Source: Candidatus Obscuribacteraceae bacterium
GTDB taxonomy: Bacteria > Cyanobacteriota > Vampirovibrionia > Obscuribacterales > Obscuribacteraceae
NCBI GenBank assembly: GCA_044229845.1
Contig: JBGASG010000004.1
Location: 128,001-192,000, forward strand
Direction of reading: 5' to 3'
DNA: 64,000 nucleotides
Each line of letters begins with the position of its first letter. The stretch's first letter is position 1. The translations under genes were made by a program, and so were the position numbers. The notes under the pieces were generated by a model. The model saw nothing but the letters and a program-made list of their open reading frames with translations. It was not told where the DNA came from and searched no databases. Below are positions 60,378 through 64,000 of this stretch, piece after piece.

Positions 60378-61388
60378 ATGACACAAGGAAAACCGCGTCG
60401 CATTCTGGTCACAGGTGGAGGCGGCTTCATCGGCAGTCACGTGGTGGATGCGCTTCTGGCACGCGGAGACCGGGTGACCAGCCTGGACAATTTCAATCCT
60501 TTCTACGATCCGGCCATCAAGCGACTCAACATCGAAGAGCAAACGCACAACCCCGACTTCACCCTGGTGGAGGGAGACATCCGCGACGGCAGCAAGTTAG
60601 CGCTCGCTTTTGAAAACGGTCCGTTTGACGTCGTCGTACACCTGGCTGCTATGGCGGGCGTGCGCCCATCTCTTGCCGATCCTGAACTGTACATGGACGT
60701 GAATGTGCTGGGCACGCAAAGACTGATCGACTTCATCAACCTCAAGCAAACTAAATTGCCCCGATTTGTGCTCGGCTCATCGAGCTCCGTCTATGGCGAG
60801 CGTCCGCATGGTGCATTCAGCGAAGAAGATCGCGTCGACCGTCCCGTTTCACCTTATGCAGCATCAAAGGCTGCGGCAGAACTGGTCTGCCATGCAGCGC
60901 ACAAAATAAATGGATTGGACGTCGCCGTACTGCGCTTCTTCACAGTGTACGGACCGCGCCAGCGCCCCGACCTGGCAATTCATAAGTTCTGCCAGTTGAT
61001 CGAAGCCGACCAGCCGGTCGAGATGTTCGGCAACGGCAAGACGGCACGCGACTACACTTATGTGCATGATATCGTATCTGGTGTTACAGCGACGATCGAC
61101 AAACGCTTGCCTTCGGGCTTCGAGATCATCAATCTCGGGCGCGGCGAGCCCGTCACTCTCGATGACATGGTGAAAGCGCTGGAGAAGGCGCTCGACAAAC
61201 ACGCCATCATCGAGAAGACGCCTCCGCAAAAGGGCGATGTGCCATACACGCACGCCAACATTGATAAGGCGAAAAAACTGCTCAGTTACGACCCGCAAAC
61301 AACTCTCGATGAAGGCGTACGCTTCTTTGTGGAATGGCAGCGCTCCGTCAAAGAAAAACTGGGCAGCAGCACTTTCACGCACGCCTGA
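60378..61388 (+). CDS. NAD-dependent nucleotide-sugar epimerase (UDP-glucuronate 4-epimerase-like)
   Basis: TGGGGFIGSH, HLAAMAGVRPS, SSSSVYG, YAASK, RFFTVYGPRQRPDLA. Confidence 0.92.
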   Translation: MTQGKPRRILVTGGGGFIGSHVVDALLARGDRVTSLDNFNPFYDPAIKRLNIEEQTHNPDFTLVEGDIRDGSKLALAFENGPFDVVVHLAAMAGVRPSLADPELYMDVNVLGTQRLIDFINLKQTKLPRFVLGSSSSVYGERPHGAFSEEDRVDRPVSPYAASKAAAELVCHAAHKINGLDVAVLRFFTVYGPRQRPDLAIHKFCQLIEADQPVEMFGNGKTARDYTYVHDIVSGVTATIDKRLPSGFEIINLGRGEPVTLDDMVKALEKALDKHAIIEKTPPQKGDVPYTHANIDKAKKLLSYDPQTTLDEGVRFFVEWQRSVKEKLGSSTFTHA

Positions 61389-61462
61389 AGCGCCGGACCC
61401 GCCGGACCCGCCGGACTGATCATATAATTACTTATATAGGCTCCCGGGAGTCCCAGATCTGG

Positions 61463-62155
61463 ATGCAGCCACAGGCGCACGACGCCATCCGCAAGCTTCC
61501 CTTTCCTGACCTGGTCAAGTCGGTTCTCTGCCTGGCGATCATCTTTTTGTGCGGACAGCTGGCCCTGGTTTTCCCTTACGGTCGCACCGATTCGGGGACT
61601 GCAGGTCAGATAGTCGTGCTGGGATTTTTGCCCTGGCTGTACCTTTTCTATACCGCCATGCGACTCTTCAAATGGGCCAACAATGGACAGATTGACACCC
61701 GGACGATCAGATGGATCTGGCTGCATCTGCTCGCCGTGGTAGCCACGCTGGCAGGCGAAGTGCTGCTTTCCTGGGCGCTGATCGACAGCCGTTACATGCT
61801 CGGCGCGCCCTTCGGCAAAATTACCGAGTTGCATACGGCACCGACGCTGGCACTTTGTTTTGGTGCGCCATTTCTACTCGGCTTGCCCGCCTGCTTCTCG
61901 TTCAGCTTTGCCATGGCGCGCCTTGCCGGAGCGCCGCGCGCAGGTTTCATGCCGGGACTGCTCCTGTCCGTCGGCTTGCTCCATCCATTCACATTACTGG
62001 GCGCCACCACCAGCGGCATCGTGCTCTTCGGCGGACCCGCAGCTCTGGCAGCAGTGAGTTCCGAGTGCGTCTGGATATTCGCGGCTACCATCGGACTTTT
62101 GCTGGGAACGCTGGCGCTCGAGTCGTTAAGGGTCAGGCTTGCGGGGCTGTTTTGA
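61463..62155 (+). CDS. hypothetical integral membrane protein
   Basis: About six hydrophobic segments. Confidence 0.6.
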   Translation: MQPQAHDAIRKLPFPDLVKSVLCLAIIFLCGQLALVFPYGRTDSGTAGQIVVLGFLPWLYLFYTAMRLFKWANNGQIDTRTIRWIWLHLLAVVATLAGEVLLSWALIDSRYMLGAPFGKITELHTAPTLALCFGAPFLLGLPACFSFSFAMARLAGAPRAGFMPGLLLSVGLLHPFTLLGATTSGIVLFGGPAALAAVSSECVWIFAATIGLLLGTLALESLRVRLAGLF

Positions 62156-62173
62156 CGTTCGAGATCATCGCAA

Positions 62174-63046
62174 TCACTTGTTGCCGGACGACGGCAGATT
62201 TCCGCCTGGAATCAGAATATTCGAGCCGTGCGGAACATAAATTACTTCCGCATTCGGATTCAGTTTGCGTATAGCTTCCAGCCGCACATACTCGGGGCTT
62301 GAACCAAGCGCTTTGTTGGTGGCGAGAATCTTGTATGCTTCGGCATCAGCTGCGGTGCGCGTAATGTCGGCTTCTACTTTCGCCTTCTGCAATTCGTTGC
62401 GCTTCGCTTCCGCTTGCTGCAGCGCCACTTGTTTCATCTCCACCGCGTTTTGATACTCTTGCGAGAAACGCAAGTTGGTCAGCGAGATCAATTCCATCTC
62501 GATGTGACGCTCGGCAAGTTTCTTCTCGACGTACGCGCGAATAGCGGCTGAAACTTCCTCACGATTGGCCAGCAATTTATCGACCGGTTGTTTTGCAATC
62601 TCCGCCTTCAGCGCTTCGCGCACCACCGGTGTCACCACCTTGGTGTCGTAATCGAAACCGACGCTCTGATAAAGCGCGCCTAAAAATTCCGGCACGGGAT
62701 GGAAGTTGACGGTGATGTCGGTGTGAATCACTTGCTGGTCGGCGGAAACCGCTTCCTCACCAGTGAAAGTCATGTTCTGCGTGCGTATGTCGTGCGTGTA
62801 AACGGTTTGCAAAAACGGAATGATCAGATGAAACCCGGTCGGCAACACAGTCTTCTGCACACCTTCCATGCGGTTGAACACGACGCCGGCATACCCCGGC
62901 GGGATGACAATGGCAAAGGAGGTGCAGACGAAGATACCGCCGAACAGAATGAAACCCAGGATGCCGCCCAGCTTAGCCATTTGGTTTTTCGTGGCGGCAA
63001 AGACCACGATGCTGGCAATGGTCAAAAGAAATAGAATCGATTCCAT
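62174..63046 (-). CDS. prohibitin/SPFH (band 7) family protein
   Basis: N-terminal TMs, IPPGYAGVVFN, GFHLIIPF, FSQEYQNAVEMKQVALQQAE. Confidence 0.9.
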   Translation of the reverse strand: MESILFLLTIASIVVFAATKNQMAKLGGILGFILFGGIFVCTSFAIVIPPGYAGVVFNRMEGVQKTVLPTGFHLIIPFLQTVYTHDIRTQNMTFTGEEAVSADQQVIHTDITVNFHPVPEFLGALYQSVGFDYDTKVVTPVVREALKAEIAKQPVDKLLANREEVSAAIRAYVEKKLAERHIEMELISLTNLRFSQEYQNAVEMKQVALQQAEAKRNELQKAKVEADITRTAADAEAYKILATNKALGSSPEYVRLEAIRKLNPNAEVIYVPHGSNILIPGGNLPSSGNK

Positions 63047-63056
63047 TTAGCAGTCC

Positions 63057-63407
63057 TCAAGGCTGGTCTTGTTTTTTCGGCATCTTTAGAAGTTTGGGCT
63101 CTGTAGAGCCCCGCTTTTCCCGCTCCACTTTGAGCGTCTCGGTATCCAGTCCGCTCATCTTCAAGTGATTGAGCAAGAACTCGTTCGTGAACTTTAAATC
63201 GGCAATCTCGTCCTTCAGCTCCAGAAGCTGCATTTCTTGCGCCTCGATACGCTCGCGCAAGTGCTCTTCGGCTGCCGGCAACATCAGCCGGTAGCGCTGT
63301 TTCATTTTTTCTGAGTAAGCCTCTGCCAGGGGGCGACCGATAGCCGCAATTGTGACAACCGACACAACGCCCAGAAACATGAGAAATGCCACTTCAAAGG
63401 CGATCAA
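63057..63407 (-). CDS. small TM plus coiled-coil hypothetical protein
   Basis: N-terminal TM, heptad-rich C-terminus; 10 nt upstream of the prohibitin gene. Confidence 0.65.
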   Translation of the reverse strand: MIAFEVAFLMFLGVVSVVTIAAIGRPLAEAYSEKMKQRYRLMLPAAEEHLRERIEAQEMQLLELKDEIADLKFTNEFLLNHLKMSGLDTETLKVEREKRGSTEPKLLKMPKKQDQP

Positions 63408-63457
63408 GAACCCACCCAGCCCCTAAATGACGACAATATACACCTTGCGACAAAAAG

Positions 63458-63487
63458 TTGACACAAAATCGGGATCACAGGCATAAT
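63458..63487 (+). promoter_or_regulatory. sigma70 promoter of the tRNA
   Basis: TTGACA-N18-CATAAT ending 10 nt before the tRNA. Confidence 0.7.
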
Positions 63488-63497
63488 CAGAAATTGC

Positions 63498-63571
63498 GTC
63501 ACGGTAGCTCAGATGGTTAGAGCGAGGCACTCATAACGCCTAGGTCGGCAGTTCAATTCTGCCCCGTGACA
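63498..63571 (+). tRNA. tRNA with CAT anticodon (probably elongator tRNA-Met; Ile2 not excluded)
   Basis: GTCACGG acceptor paired with CCGTGAC-A, loop CT-CAT-AA; G1-C72 paired and no GGG/CCC anticodon stem, so not initiator. Confidence 0.9.
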
Positions 63572-63698
63572 GATTTTTCGCCGCCCAGTGCGGATTCCCC
63601 AGCAAGCAAAAAGCCGAGCACCAGATTTAGTGCGCGGCTATCACCATATGCAGTGGCGTGAAGAAACGCTGCGGCGCGGCGCGCGCAGCGCGTTTCTT

Positions 63699-64000
63699 TT
63701 ATGAACCCTCTTCGGGTCCGCCTTCTTCGTCGGTGTCCATTTCGCTTGCCAGTTCTTTGACAAAGGCGATGACACGCTCAAATTCTTCGTCGCTTTCGAT
63801 GGTGCGGAAAATTGCCTGATCGTCCTTTTGAATCAACTGCATGATGACGGTGGAAGCTTCTTCCTTGTCTTCATCCTTGTTTTCACCGGCTTCGCCCATA
63901 TTGAGCAACAGCGCATATTCTTTGCCTTCGAATTCGAAGACGCCCAGAATGCGGCAGTCATAAGAGCGACCATCTTCTCCCTCGAGAGTGATGATTTGTT
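63699..64000 (-). CDS. DUF1292-like acidic protein (5' end beyond window)
   Basis: Frame reads QIITLEGEDGRSYDCRILGVFEFEGKEYALL...IESDEEFERV. Confidence 0.75.
   Translation of the reverse strand, partial: QIITLEGEDGRSYDCRILGVFEFEGKEYALLLNMGEAGENKDEDKEEASTVIMQLIQKDDQAIFRTIESDEEFERVIAFVKELASEMDTDEEGGPEEGS

Noticed and set aside
63498..63571. A31-C39 mismatch suggesting a pseudo-tRNA
   Set aside because: Other arms pair well and a good promoter precedes it; weak 31-39 pairs occur in elongator Met tRNAs

Overview
GC-rich bacterial chromosomal window. Cyanobacteria-type 23S/tRNA signatures, GuaB3, LarB/LarE and tRNA-Ala(CGC), with no photosynthesis genes here, suggest a non-photosynthetic Cyanobacteriota relative (Vampirovibrionia/Melainabacteria, Obscuribacterales-like); this is inference. 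The window holds an rRNA unit lacking 16S (promoter-tRNA-Ile-tRNA-Ala-23S-5S, minus strand), two more tRNAs and housekeeping genes (tyrS, leuS, pyrE, anmK, guaB3, htrA, larE/larB, sugar epimerases). It also has many lineage-specific proteins: two stand-alone MshEN-array proteins, two tandem PATAN/DUF4388-TM-TPR paralogs, a 1718-aa HExxH protein, an esterase flanked by a duplicated unknown domain, a rhomboid-like pseudoprotease, a DEDDh-WYL fusion and an orphan DNA methyltransferase. The most striking locus (46.9-52.0 kb) has three separately promoted and terminated genes for a secreted, VirB2/TrbC-pilin-like protein. Their mature sequences are identical or nearly so despite many synonymous changes and divergent signal peptides. 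A fourth, divergent pilin-like ORF sits within the array, the genes share a promoter layout, and a FliB/YkgJ-like Fe-S protein and a degenerate ThiF-like protein flank it. No T4SS genes, CRISPR array or transposase were seen in the window.
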